The notes: a model not told the origin generated them from the sequence alone. Numbered from the stretch's first letter, positions 20,548 through 30,986 are shown. The stretch: 64,000 bases of DNA from an uncultured delta proteobacterium (GCA_963716725.1 CAVQUB010000020.1:96001-160000), one strand, 5' to 3'. Translations and numbers: made by a program.

Positions 20548-21038
20548 GTCGCCGCGGCTTCCTCGCCGATCAGGCCCTTCGCCGCGAGGGGGGCCACCAG
20601 CGCGTCGAATCGGGCAACGTCGAGCACGAACACCAGAAGCTCGTCGTGACGCGCGACCCCGATGATGCCGCGGATGTCGTCCCCGCCGCCAAGGCTGGGC
20701 GCGGCGCCGAGTTCCTCGCCGCCAGTGCCGAAGACCTCGGTGACCCCGTCCACGATGAGCCCGACCGTGCGCTGTTCGACATCGACCAAAATCCACTTCG
20801 CGCGGCGCCCGTCGTCCCGGCAAGGCAGCCCGAAGCGAGCGCGCAAATCCACCACCGGGATCACCGTGCCGCGGTGGTTTGCGACTCCGGCGACCGCGGG
20901 CGGTGAGTGCGGAAGGGCGGTGAGGTCCAGGGGATTGACGATTTCACGAACGGCGCCGATGGGAACCGCGTAGTGCACGTCGCCCACGGTGAATCCGACG
21001 AGGCTCTTCTGGGGATCGGGTCGCGCTCTGTTCGTCAC
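20544..21038 (-). CDS. cheW: chemotaxis coupling protein CheW
   Basis: YAVPIGAVREIV, LPHSPPAVAGVANHRGTVIPVVDLR and VGLIVDGVTEV. Confidence 0.93.
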   Translation of the reverse strand: MTNRARPDPQKSLVGFTVGDVHYAVPIGAVREIVNPLDLTALPHSPPAVAGVANHRGTVIPVVDLRARFGLPCRDDGRRAKWILVDVEQRTVGLIVDGVTEVFGTGGEELGAAPSLGGGDDIRGIIGVARHDELLVFVLDVARFDALVAPLAAKGLIGEEAAAT

Positions 21039-21040
21039 TA

Positions 21041-21571
21041 TCAGTCACCCTCCGGCAAATGATCCACGAGGCGGACGAGGTCGAGCAAGACAATGACGTC
21101 GTCGCCCGGTTTGGGACGTCCAATTCCAACGACGTGCTCCGCTACATCACCGCCAAAGACCGCGCTCGAGAGCTCGACTTCGCTCTCGGACAGCCGTACC
21201 ACCTGCCGAACCTCGTCGGCGAGCACGCCGAATATCTCTCCAGAGGTGCCGACGGTGAGCAAGATCCGCGAGCGACGGGTCGGGGGCGCGGACGGCAGCC
21301 CGAGGCGCCGACGCAGATCCAGCACCGTGACCAACAGGCCGCGGACACTGCACACTCCCAGAACGGCCCGAGGCGCCCGGGGCACGAAGGTCAAGGGCGG
21401 TGGGCTCAAGATTTCTCGGATGCCCGTCAGCTCGACGCCGTAGTCGTCCTCGCCGGCTCGAAGCACCAAGAACTCGCGCACCGGCCCCCGATGCGCCATC
21501 GCACGCCGACCGGCGCGGCCACCGAACCTCGCCAGGTCAGCCACGCTGGAGTGCCTCCTCGGGCGCCGCAT
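21041..21571 (-). CDS. cheW: chemotaxis coupling protein CheW (start may be ATG 21499)
   Basis: YGVELTGIREIL, VPRAPRAVLGVCSVRGLLVTVLDLR and GVLADEVRQV. Confidence 0.9.
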   Translation of the reverse strand: MRRPRRHSSVADLARFGGRAGRRAMAHRGPVREFLVLRAGEDDYGVELTGIREILSPPPLTFVPRAPRAVLGVCSVRGLLVTVLDLRRRLGLPSAPPTRRSRILLTVGTSGEIFGVLADEVRQVVRLSESEVELSSAVFGGDVAEHVVGIGRPKPGDDVIVLLDLVRLVDHLPEGD

Positions 21572-23646
21572 CGGCGACGGCCAGCACTTCTTCGATCAGA
21601 GATGCTGCGTCCAGCACCAGCGCGACCTTCTGGTCGCCGAGCTCGGTGGCTCCGGCCAGGCCTCGCACCTCGGACAGGGACGGGCCGAGGGGCTTGATGA
21701 CGATGTCTTCTTGACCCAGCACGGCGTCCACCACCAGGCCGAGTCTCCGGGTGCCCAGCCTGGTGACGACGACGAATCGACGCGGGCTCGGCCCAGCGCT
21801 GGCGGGCAGCCCCAGGTGCGTGGCCAGGTGGCATACGGGCAGCGTCACGCCTCGAACCGACACGACCTCACGACCATCGACAGTCCGCAGCCCGCGTGGG
21901 TCGAAGACGATGGCCTCCGACACGTGGCTGATGGCGACGGCGAAGACGTGACCCGCCGCCCGCACCAGGAGGGCGTTCACGATGGCGAGGGTGATGGGCA
22001 GCGTGATCGTCATCTTGGTGCCGATCCCGCGCTCGCTGCGCACGTCGATCACCCCGCCGATCTTGGCGAGGTTCGTCTTGACGACGTCCATGCCCACTCC
22101 GCGCCCGCTGAAATCGCCGGCGGTGTCCCGAGTGCTGATCCCGGGCATGAAGATCAACCCGAGCAGATCGTGGCGGGCGAGATCGCCGGCATCGACGCGC
22201 GAGATACGGCCCATGGCCACCGCCTTCTCGACCAGGGCCTCCTCGTCAATGCCCGCGCCGTCGTCCTCGATCTCGATCATCACGTGATTGCCCTTTTGAT
22301 AGGCGTTGAGCGCGATGGTGCCAGCCACGGGCTTTCCGGCGCGCTCACGTTCGCTCGCGGGCTCGATCCCGTGATCGATGGCGTTGCGAATCATGTGCAT
22401 GAGGGGGTCGCTGAGTTCTTCGACGATCAGCTTGTCGATCTCGGTCTCCGCTCCGGTGATCACCAGGCGGATTTCCTTGCCGACGTCCCGCCCGATCTGC
22501 CTCACCACGCGAGCCAAGCGATCGAAGACCTGACCCAGCGGGACCATGCGCACCTCGAGCATGGCGTCTCGCAGCTCCCCCAAGCGCCGTTCGAAGCTGC
22601 GATGTAGTCGCACGATCTCGGTGGCCAGCTGGCGCTGACCGTCGGCGCGCGAGCGGTCCGCGAGACGCGACAGCACTCCGCGCACGATGCCGAGCTCACC
22701 GATGATGTTCATCAGGTGGTCGAGCTTCTTGATGTCCACGCGCACGGTCTGCGTCACGGACTTCAGCGTTTGCGCGGGTTCGGCCGCGAGCAGGTCCTCG
22801 GAGGTCCCCACCGCCGGCATTGCCGGCTCCGACGGCAAGGACACCAGTGTTCCGCCCGCCGCCGCCGGCGCCAGCGTGCCCGCTCCCAGCGAGGGGCGGC
22901 GTCGCCGCGGCACCTCTTCGATGACGACGTTGTCGGCGCCCAGGGTGCCGATCAGCATCGCCAGGTCGTCGCGAGAGGCCATCAGCAAATCGAGTTCGAT
23001 GGTGTCGGAGCTCGCCGATGCGCCGGTGGGCAGATAGGTGATGATCTCTCCGTGGCGCTTGGCTTGGTCCTTGATCTCCTCAAGCGCGCGATCGATGGTC
23101 ACCAGGTCGAACTGCACGCGAAGTCGATACAGCGCACGTCCGTTCTCGATGTTGGTGCGCAGCCGGTGCTCCTCGTACTCGGTCAGCACCGCGAGCATCC
23201 CAGGGTCAAACTCGTACTTGCCGTCCAAGCTCGGCTCCGAATTGCTCGCAGCTCCGAGGCCATCGATGCGTCGGCGCAGCTCTTCGATGGCCGCGGCGGG
23301 CGGCGCGGTCCCACTTCGCTCCGCCTCGAGGACTCGAGCGAAGACGTCGACGGAGCCGAACAGGATGTCGAGCACCACCGGGCTGAGCGGCATGCGTCCG
23401 AGCCGGAGCGCGTCGAGCAGATCTTCGAGGCGATGCGACACCAGGCCCAGCTGCGTGGCGCCAAACAGCCCTGCGAGGCCCTTGAGGGTGTGAACCGCGC
23501 GAAAGGCCTCGTTCACCAGCGCCGGGTCGTCGCCACCGACCTTCAAGGTCGCGTCGAGCGAGAGCAGGTTTCGGGAGAAGGTCTCGACGATTCTCCTGCG
23601 CTTCGGTGAAGAACTCTTCGCGCGCCCGATCCCCCGGCTCAGCCAT
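21537..23646 (-). CDS. cheA: chemotaxis histidine kinase CheA (one +1 indel near 23592, probably a sequencing error)
   Basis: The N-terminus MAEPGDRAREEFFTEAQE joins IVETFSRNLL after removing one A. Hpt FRAVHTLKG, VRVDIKKLD, HMIRNAIDHGIE, DDGAGID, SGRGVGMDVV and a C-terminal CheW domain. Confidence 0.93.
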
Positions 23647-24043
23647 GGCCGAGATTGTCCTCTTCGAAGCCCAGGTGTCGGAGAGCTTCTTCCCTCAACT
23701 GCTCGGGGGTGAAGGGCTTCGCGAGGTATCCGACCGCGCCCATCGCCAGCCCGCGCTCCCGATCTCGACCGGCCGTCTGGGTGGACATGAGGAGCACGCG
23801 CGTCGCTCGGTGATGCTCGCTGGAGCGAATGAACGACAGCAGCTCGAGCCCGTTGATATCGGGCATGTTGACGTCGGTAATGACCAGATCCCAAGAGCCG
23901 CGCGGCAGCAGCCTCAGCGCCGCGAAGCCGCTCTCGGCTTCGACGACCTCGAGCGGTGCGTTCCCAAAGTCGACAGACGCCAGCGCCCCGCGCACATAGG
24001 CGCGAGTGACCTCGGAGTCCTCGACCACCAGAACGCGGGCCAT
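23639..24043 (-). CDS. cheY: CheY-like single-domain response regulator
   Basis: VLVVEDS, ITDVNMPDING and YLAKPF. ATG at 24043. Confidence 0.88.
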   Translation of the reverse strand: MARVLVVEDSEVTRAYVRGALASVDFGNAPLEVVEAESGFAALRLLPRGSWDLVITDVNMPDINGLELLSFIRSSEHHRATRVLLMSTQTAGRDRERGLAMGAVGYLAKPFTPEQLREEALRHLGFEEDNLGHG

Positions 24044-24939
24044 CAGCCCGGTCCTCGAGGCTTCTCGGGGGTGGTTCGCGGCTTCTTGGGCTCCTTGCCC
24101 GGCGCCAAGTAGAGCGACTTGCGCTCCTTCGGCACTTCGGCGAACACGCCCAGGAGCCAGGTCTCGAGATTGGCCCACAGCTCGGGGTGCTCTTCGGCCA
24201 GGAACAGCGCCGAGTGGCGCGACCCGTCGTAGCGCTTGACCGTGCCGTTCATCGCCATCTTCTCCAGGGCGTCAACGGGCGCCTTCGAGACGGTGTCGTC
24301 CTTCGCGCCCGCAATGAAGGTCGGCAGGTTCCGAACCTCCGAGTAGGGTCGGTAGAGCGGGTGCCCACTGATGCCCTCTCCGGGCGAAACCAGGCCGAGC
24401 GCCGTGACGTTGCTCGCGGCGAACGCGACCTGACTGGCGAGGGCGGCGCCCAGCGAAGTCCCGACCAGCACGATCCCGCGCGGCTTGGTCGCCTCGGTCA
24501 CGTGGGCGATGGCGGCTTCGACGTCTTTGCTCAGGTCTTTGGTGTCGCCGAGCTTGGCCTTCTCGGGAGGCTTCGAGGCGCCTTGTCCCCGGAGGTCGAA
24601 GCTCAGGACGGTGAAACGTTTGGGAGCGATGACCAGGCGCTCGCGCAAGGGCGCGAGCTCGCTACGGTCGCCGCTGAGGCGGTGAATGAGGATCACCGCC
24701 GGCGCGTTGGGCTCGGATGAGACGAACAGCTCGCCCGAGAGCGCCGCTCCGTCCGCCGACGCGAAGGTCGCGGGACGGCCCGGCGTCGGCGCGATCATGA
24801 TTGAGGGCACCTCGCTCGCAGAGGGAGACGCCGTCGGCGCCTGGCCGGCGGACCCCGGCGCGCCGGACTTGGACGGGCTCGAGTCGCATCCGGTCGCTAG
24901 GACCAAGGCTGCGAGCGCGAGGAACAGCGGCCGTTGCAT
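24043..24939 (-). CDS. alpha/beta-hydrolase lipoprotein
   Basis: Lipobox LATGC. GTSLG nucleophile elbow, with D in KDD and H in SRHS. Confidence 0.85.
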   Translation of the reverse strand: MQRPLFLALAALVLATGCDSSPSKSGAPGSAGQAPTASPSASEVPSIMIAPTPGRPATFASADGAALSGELFVSSEPNAPAVILIHRLSGDRSELAPLRERLVIAPKRFTVLSFDLRGQGASKPPEKAKLGDTKDLSKDVEAAIAHVTEATKPRGIVLVGTSLGAALASQVAFAASNVTALGLVSPGEGISGHPLYRPYSEVRNLPTFIAGAKDDTVSKAPVDALEKMAMNGTVKRYDGSRHSALFLAEEHPELWANLETWLLGVFAEVPKERKSLYLAPGKEPKKPRTTPEKPRGPG

Positions 24940-24992
24940 GGCGGGTCATCGTAGCAGCTCCGAGGGCCGGAAAAATGCTCTATCCTCCGCGC

Positions 24993-26063
24993 ATGGGATC
25001 TGAGCCAGGGTCGACGCCGGCCGAAGACACCGTCGAGGCGGCGCCCGGAGGCTCCCCCGCCACCGGCAGCCGATCCCCCTCCAGCCACGATCAGACCGTC
25101 GAGGCGGCCCTCGCAGCCAGCTCGCGCGCCGAGGCGACGCTGGACGCGCTGTACCAGGCCATCCAGCACGTCACTCAGGGCGTGAGCGGCGCTCGCGAGG
25201 CCAACGACCAACTCGCCGAGGAGCTGCATCGCGTTCGCGAGATGCACGCTTCGAGCAACGAGCAACGCCTCGTATACCGAAACCAAGTCGCGCTGCTCCA
25301 GGAGCAGCTCGAGGACGCGCGCAACGATCGCGAGTTCCTGGTTCAAGAACAGGACCGCTTCCTCTCCGGCCTCCTCGAGGAGCACGAGCAAACCCTGTCT
25401 CGTCTCGCGGCCGAGCGCGACGAAGCGTTCGCGCGCGTCGAGAATTTGCTGCGCGAAACCCAAGACACCGCACCGCCGAAGTCCATCAGTCTGCGACGAA
25501 CCAACCCAGGGCTGGGCGATGTGACGCCGCCGGTCCCTCAGGTGGTGTTGACGACGCGCCAGGACCACGATCGAAATCTCGAGAAGCTGCTCTCCGAGCG
25601 CGATCGCTCACGCGACGTCCTCCGACGCCTGCAGCAGCAGCGCGACGAAGCCCAGCAGTCCTTGGCGCAGGTGACGCGCGAGCGGGACCAATACCTGTCG
25701 GAGCTCAGCCGATTCGCTCCGGGCAGAGTCATCCTCCAGCGGACCGCGCCCTCTCCGACGGCGAACCGACGCACGCAGCCCGCGGTACCGCACCTCGCGG
25801 CGCGCGCGACGGATCCGAGCCCGCCCGACCCGAGCGACGCCCTCGGCGACAGCGTCGGCGACCGCGCTACGGCTCCGCCGGGCAATGACCTACAAGCCGC
25901 CATCGCGCTCTCGCGGCCGTCCCCGCCGACGGGGATCCCCGCGCAAATTGGACCGAGGCCGCCCCTCAAGCGCAAGCCCGACGCGGCGACGCAGCCGCTG
26001 GGCGGCTATTCGGTGCGCGGCGATGATCGCGAGGACGGCGACGGCTCGTCGGGACGCGGATGA
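24993..26063 (+). CDS. hypothetical coiled-coil protein with Pro-rich tail
   Basis: Heptad-rich E/Q/R/L region and coding-like codon bias. ATG at 24993. Confidence 0.7.
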   Translation: MGSEPGSTPAEDTVEAAPGGSPATGSRSPSSHDQTVEAALAASSRAEATLDALYQAIQHVTQGVSGAREANDQLAEELHRVREMHASSNEQRLVYRNQVALLQEQLEDARNDREFLVQEQDRFLSGLLEEHEQTLSRLAAERDEAFARVENLLRETQDTAPPKSISLRRTNPGLGDVTPPVPQVVLTTRQDHDRNLEKLLSERDRSRDVLRRLQQQRDEAQQSLAQVTRERDQYLSELSRFAPGRVILQRTAPSPTANRRTQPAVPHLAARATDPSPPDPSDALGDSVGDRATAPPGNDLQAAIALSRPSPPTGIPAQIGPRPPLKRKPDAATQPLGGYSVRGDDREDGDGSSGRG

Positions 26064-26350
26064 GCGACGCCGGCGACGAAGCGACGAAGGGCATCGCAGG
26101 ACAGATTGCCCAGCGTTCCGATGACCCGCCGGTCGTCGCGCGCATGATCGTCGAAATTCGCTCCGACGGAACGCGCACTATCGCGCGAGGCGCCATCGAA
26201 GAAGCAACGACAGGCGAGCGCGTCGCCATCGAAGCTCATGGCACCACTCCGCTCGCTCTGGCGCGCTCGCTGGCCAAGAGCATGTTCAGCGCTCCGGCGC
26301 TGGCGCGACAAGCCGTCCGCGCGTTGCTGTCCACCAAGAAGCACCGCTAA
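26060..26350 (+). CDS. small hypothetical protein
   Basis: ATGA overlap with the upstream gene and a globular-looking core (VVARMIVEIRSDGTRTIARGAIE). Confidence 0.7.
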   Translation: MSDAGDEATKGIAGQIAQRSDDPPVVARMIVEIRSDGTRTIARGAIEEATTGERVAIEAHGTTPLALARSLAKSMFSAPALARQAVRALLSTKKHR

Positions 26351-26450
26351 AACGGCGCTGCCCTCGCCGCAGGTCCACGAACACGCACGTGCAGAACCCG
26401 CGGTTGACGCAGGCCGCTGATTCTTCGATGCTGTTCCCCCTGCCGGGCCG

Positions 26451-27329
26451 ATGCCCAACGCGATGTCCATCCCGCTCGATTTCAAGAGCTGCGACGAGAT
26501 CACGCCCGCGTTGATCGAGCGAGCGTTCGCAGCAGAATCCGGCTCCCCGCGAGACCAGGTGCTGAAGCTCGTCGAAAAGATGGCGCGGGTCGCGTCGCCG
26601 GGAAAGGGAGCCGAGCGAATCCTCGAGGTGCTGGCGCGACTCGCGCACAGCGCCTGGGTCGATGGCACGCTAGACATCGTGCTCCGCGACTTCGACTTGG
26701 CGACGCAAATAGACATCCGGGTCGACGTCGGGAAGCACTTCGAAAGGCTGAGGACGATCTCGGTGGCGGTGCCCCTGGCCGAGTTGGCGGAGTGGGCCAC
26801 CGAGAACCCGGAGGCGCTCACTCCTCTGGTCGTCTTCGACTCGCGACGGGACGACGAACTGCGCCTGCGCAAGGGAAGCGTTCTGCACGTCGCGCGCGAC
26901 CGCGCGCCCCACTCGCGCCTGTCCGCGGCGCCCCAGAGCGTTCGAACCCGCATCGCGGCAGCGAGCCTCTCGGCGGTCCCGCAGTCCGCGCGCCCCGCCA
27001 GGCCGGATGCGGCGGCGGACCCGCAGACGCCCGCACCACCCTCGAGCGCGGTCCGCGGGCCCATGTCCGCCGCCCTGCGCAAGAGCGTGCCCCCACCCGC
27101 GGACGTGCACGCCCGACGCACCCTTCCGGACACGGACGACGGCGTCGGGCCCGCGGACGTACACCGCCGGCGCACGCCTCGAGTGCTCGAGCTTCAACTG
27201 CCGCCAGAAGCCTACCCGCCGCGGCCCCAGGCCGACCAAAGAAAGGCAACCACCCGCATCCCCGCGGTTCGACCGGCGCCGGCCCCGGAGCCCACCGACG
27301 TCGATCCGACCGACGAGGGTTGGGAGTGA
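26451..27329 (+). CDS. hypothetical protein (globular N-domain, disordered tail)
   Basis: Coding-like bias; its stop overlaps the GTG of the next gene. Confidence 0.65.
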   Translation: MPNAMSIPLDFKSCDEITPALIERAFAAESGSPRDQVLKLVEKMARVASPGKGAERILEVLARLAHSAWVDGTLDIVLRDFDLATQIDIRVDVGKHFERLRTISVAVPLAELAEWATENPEALTPLVVFDSRRDDELRLRKGSVLHVARDRAPHSRLSAAPQSVRTRIAAASLSAVPQSARPARPDAAADPQTPAPPSSAVRGPMSAALRKSVPPPADVHARRTLPDTDDGVGPADVHRRRTPRVLELQLPPEAYPPRPQADQRKATTRIPAVRPAPAPEPTDVDPTDEGWE

Positions 27330-27901
27330 AGGTGTCGGAGAGCACCAAGCTGAAGGTGGCGTTTGTCGGCAGCCACGGCGTCGGCAAGACGACCCTCTGC
27401 TACGGCCTGGCCGCACGCCTGAAGGCACGGGACCTGGTGCTCGAGGTGGTGCACGAAGTCGCGCGACGGTGCCCGCTGCCGATCAACGAGGAGACAGGCG
27501 TCGCCAGCGAATCCTGGATCTTGCACACTCAGATTGCGGAAGAAGTGGTCGCGGCCCAGCGCTATCCCGTGGTCATCTGCGATCGCAGCGCGCTGGACAA
27601 CTACGTGTATCTTCTCCTGGCCGCCGGACCCCAGGAAGGTCTCGAGCTGCTCGTGAGTTACTGGATGAAGACCTACGACCTCCTGGTGCAGGTGCCCGTC
27701 GTGCATGAACCGAGCGCCGACGGCTTTCGCACAACGGATCCCGAGTTCCAGCGCCGGGTAGACGACCGGCTCACGGTCGAGCTCGCGACCCGGGGTCTCG
27801 CTGCACATCGACTGGACCCAATCCGTCGAGCCGATTGGCTGAACGACGCCGAAGCGCTGGTCTGGAGTCGGGTGCAACCCCGCCAGCTCTCGTTGCTCTG
27901 A
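27326..27901 (+). CDS. P-loop NTPase/kinase, NadR/Ttd14-like AAA_28 family
   Basis: Walker A VAFVGSHGVGKTT, EVAR and VICDRSALD. Confidence 0.82.
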   Translation: MKVSESTKLKVAFVGSHGVGKTTLCYGLAARLKARDLVLEVVHEVARRCPLPINEETGVASESWILHTQIAEEVVAAQRYPVVICDRSALDNYVYLLLAAGPQEGLELLVSYWMKTYDLLVQVPVVHEPSADGFRTTDPEFQRRVDDRLTVELATRGLAAHRLDPIRRADWLNDAEALVWSRVQPRQLSLL

Positions 27902-27906
27902 AGACC

Positions 27907-29085
27907 GTGGACGCCACTTACCAGAGCGCAGTCAACCGAGACGTGCCGCCAGCGCGCGACGGCGAGTTCTCGCCTCTGCGAATCGGCCCCCTCGAGGTCT
28001 GGCCCCCGGTTGTCTTGGCGCCGATGGCGGGCGTCACCAATTTCCCGTTCCGCGCCCTGTGCCGCCGCTTCGGCGCCGGGCTGTACGTGAGCGAGATGAT
28101 CACGGCGCGACCATTGGTCGAGGGCCGCGACAAGACCCTGCGGCTGGCGGACTTCGGCCCCGGCGAGCACCCGCGCAGCCTCCAGCTCTATGGCGTGGAC
28201 CCTCATTACGTCGGAGAGGCGGTCAAGCGTCTGGTCGGCGAGGGTCGCGTCGACCACATCGACATGAACTTCGGCTGCCCCGTGCGAAAGGTCACGCGCA
28301 AGGGCGGCGGGGCCGCCATCCCGGTGAAGCCCAATCTGCTCCGAAGCATCGTCGAAGCTGCGGTGAAGGGCGCCGGCGAGGTGCCCGTCACCATCAAGTT
28401 CCGGATGGGCATCCACGACGGGCTCCTGACCTACCTAGACGCGGGCCGCGTCGGCGAAGACGCCGGTTGCGCGGCGGTCGGACTGCACGCGCGCACGGCT
28501 GCGCAACTCTACGACGGCGAGGCGCGCTGGGACGCCATCGCCGAGCTGAAGAGCCGCTTGCGCATCCCGGTGTTGGGCAACGGCGACATCTGGGAGGCAG
28601 AGGACGCCCTGCGCATGATGCGCACTACCGGCTGTGACGGGGTCATCGTCGGCCGTGGGTGCCTGGGCCGACCCTGGCTGTTTCGCGATCTCGCCGCCGT
28701 GTTCGGCGGTCGTGCACCGGACAACCCTCCGGCGCTCGGGGAGGTCGTCGACGTGATGATCGAGCACGCGCGCCTTTTATGCGAGTGGATTGGGGAGGGG
28801 CCGGCGATGCGCGCATTCCGCCGCCACACGAGCTGGTACACCAAGGGGTTCCGCGGGAGTGCCGAGCTCCGGGAACGTATGATGAAGATCACGACCCTCG
28901 CGGACCTCCAGGAGATCGTCGCAGTGGTGGATCGGGCCCAGCCCTTCCCGGTTTCGGCCATGCGGGTACCCCGCGGAAAAGCCTCGGGAACTCAGGACGT
29001 CAGCCTGCCCGAGGGCTACCTCGACGACCGGCTCGACGCGACCCCGCCGTCCGAAGACGCCGAAGACGCCTTCAGCGGCGGCTGA
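27907..29085 (+). CDS. dusB: tRNA-dihydrouridine synthase B
   Basis: LAPMAGVTN, DMNFGCPVRKV, LHART, GNGDI and IVGRGCLGRPWLF. Confidence 0.93.
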   Translation: MDATYQSAVNRDVPPARDGEFSPLRIGPLEVWPPVVLAPMAGVTNFPFRALCRRFGAGLYVSEMITARPLVEGRDKTLRLADFGPGEHPRSLQLYGVDPHYVGEAVKRLVGEGRVDHIDMNFGCPVRKVTRKGGGAAIPVKPNLLRSIVEAAVKGAGEVPVTIKFRMGIHDGLLTYLDAGRVGEDAGCAAVGLHARTAAQLYDGEARWDAIAELKSRLRIPVLGNGDIWEAEDALRMMRTTGCDGVIVGRGCLGRPWLFRDLAAVFGGRAPDNPPALGEVVDVMIEHARLLCEWIGEGPAMRAFRRHTSWYTKGFRGSAELRERMMKITTLADLQEIVAVVDRAQPFPVSAMRVPRGKASGTQDVSLPEGYLDDRLDATPPSEDAEDAFSGG

Positions 29086-29138
29086 ATCGGGCTGGCCGGC
29101 CCGCGGGTCTCGGGTAGACTCCGGCCGAGGGAATAGCC

Positions 29139-29654
29139 GTGCGTGCGTTGAAGATCCTGACCTCGCTGGTGTCTTGGCGTTGGACGCCCTGCGTCGCGCT
29201 CATCGCTTCGTCGCTCCTCTACGTGTTGATCGTGGTGCTCGTGACGCCCACCACCCTCGCCTTCGGTGGATCGCCCGCCTTCGGTGGATCGCCGAAGGGG
29301 GTCAACGTGATCGAGGGTCCCCCCACCACGAACGCGATGGGCGCGCCGCGCACGCCGCCCGACCGACAACGCGAGGCCGCCGCGCAGCCGCCCGGCGTGA
29401 TGATGGTGGCGCCCGTCGCGCCTCAGCCCCCCACGCCCGCGCCGGCACCCGTCGAAGAAATCCACCGACCCGAACCATCGCCACCTCCGCCGCCGGAGCC
29501 GGAGCCGGCGCCGGCCGAAGCAGATGAACACACTCAGGCGCCCCCTCCGCCGGTGGTGAACACGAAAGATCGCGTCTTGGCGGCGCCGCTCCGCATGATG
29601 CCGCAGATCAGCGCGACCGTGACGCCGGTCACCGGACCGCCGCCGAGCGAGTGA
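29139..29654 (+). CDS. membrane-anchored Pro-rich hypothetical protein
   Basis: N-terminal hydrophobic helix followed by a Pro-rich region. Confidence 0.6.
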   Translation: MRALKILTSLVSWRWTPCVALIASSLLYVLIVVLVTPTTLAFGGSPAFGGSPKGVNVIEGPPTTNAMGAPRTPPDRQREAAAQPPGVMMVAPVAPQPPTPAPAPVEEIHRPEPSPPPPPEPEPAPAEADEHTQAPPPPVVNTKDRVLAAPLRMMPQISATVTPVTGPPPSE

Positions 29655-29656
29655 TT

Positions 29657-30016
29657 TCACCCCTCGCGCAAGCGCTGAAGGGCGCGGCGATCCATCTTGG
29701 TGGGGCGACCCGCCCCGCGATCGCGGATCCCGACCCTTGGTTCACGCGGCGGTGGCGGTGGCGAGTGGTCGGCGTAGAGCGCCCTGGCGTCGGCGGCTGA
29801 TGCTCGCTTCTCGGCGAGTCCAACCACTTCGAGCACCAATTCGCCGCGCGGAGCGAGGGCGCGGATCTGATCTCCCACTCGGACCCCGTGGCTGGCGCGA
29901 ACCGAGGCCCCGTTGAGCCGGACGTGCCCCCCGCCGCAGGCGTCGGTGGCCTGTGTCCTGGTCTTGTAGATGCGGGCTGCGCACAGCCAGCGGTCGATGC
30001 GAACGGCCTCCACCAC
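29657..30016 (-). CDS. hslR: S4-domain RNA-binding heat shock protein Hsp15
   Basis: VRIDRWLCAARIYKTRTQA and GRPTKMDRR. Confidence 0.92.
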   Translation of the reverse strand: MVEAVRIDRWLCAARIYKTRTQATDACGGGHVRLNGASVRASHGVRVGDQIRALAPRGELVLEVVGLAEKRASAADARALYADHSPPPPPREPRVGIRDRGAGRPTKMDRRALQRLREG

Positions 30017-30099
30017 TCAAAGATACCCCAACGATGGCCACGATGTTGGCCCGAGGACTGCTTGGCACGCGACAATTTCCCCTGCCAAAGGAGTTCGCC

Positions 30100-30822
30100 G
30101 TGGTCCTCACCCATTCCGAGAAAGCCCTGCGTCCGAGTCGCCCGCCTCCGCTCTGGTTCGTGACCAACGGAGAGATCACCGTGGGGCCCGTGCGGACGGA
30201 TTTGCTCCAGCGAGGGGTCTTCCACGGGCGCATTCCGGAAGACTGCTTCGTGCGGGAGCTGACCTGGCGCACGTGGCGCCGCCTGGACCAGATCCGGGAG
30301 GTCCGCGCGGTGCAGCGGGAGCCTGGCGGCGGCGCGCTCCGGGCCAAGAAGACCGTGGTCGCCAGCCACACCGCTCTGCTGAGTCAGCTCTGCCTCGCCG
30401 CGGACGCCGCGGAGGTCCTGACGCTGAGCCTGCACGCAGCTTTCGAGGCCACCAACGCGAGCTTCGGTCTCGTGCATCGCGCGTACGGCGAGGGCCCGGC
30501 GCCCATCACGACCTGCGTGCGGGGCGTGGCCATGATCGGCAGGCTCGGCGCCGCGCTGCACGATGACGCTGCCGTGCGCCTGGCCCGCCTCGGCGGACTG
30601 ATCGTCGCTCCACCCAACGCGGGCGAAGCCGAGCGCTGCGTGGCAGCGCGGCTGGGCGCGCCTCCCGACCTGGGCGGCGTCGCAATGGTACCCGTCAGCA
30701 TCGGCCCAAGCCTCATGGCCATCATCGAACTCGGGCGTGTTGGGCACGCTTTCCGCGCCAGTGACGTGCTCGACCTGGAGCAAATCGCGGCGGCTGCGGC
30801 CCTCGCGATCCACGGATCCTGA
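30100..30822 (+). CDS. GYF_2(DUF4339)-like plus GAF-like domain protein
   Basis: SD AAGGAG precedes GTG 30100. N-terminal WFVTNG...VGPV...LLQRG...W...W is GYF_2-like; C-terminal MVPV...AIIELGR...AFRASDVLDLEQIA is GAF-like. Confidence 0.65.
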   Translation: MVLTHSEKALRPSRPPPLWFVTNGEITVGPVRTDLLQRGVFHGRIPEDCFVRELTWRTWRRLDQIREVRAVQREPGGGALRAKKTVVASHTALLSQLCLAADAAEVLTLSLHAAFEATNASFGLVHRAYGEGPAPITTCVRGVAMIGRLGAALHDDAAVRLARLGGLIVAPPNAGEAERCVAARLGAPPDLGGVAMVPVSIGPSLMAIIELGRVGHAFRASDVLDLEQIAAAAALAIHGS

Positions 30823-30986
30823 GTCGAGCCGCCCGGCGCTGGCGCCGAGGCCGATCGCTCGCTGGGGCATCGTCTCGCGGCGGAGTACCTCGACCAGCAA
30901 GGCGCCGGAGACGGCGTGCTGCTCGCATCGATGACTCGCCGCAGTGACGACGGTCCGGACCAAAAGCGTGAATCGCTGAGCGCTGC

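Noticed and set aside
23585..23600. Programmed frameshift in cheA
   Set aside because: There is a single extra A with no slippery heptamer or stimulatory structure, and the same error type is seen elsewhere in the window.
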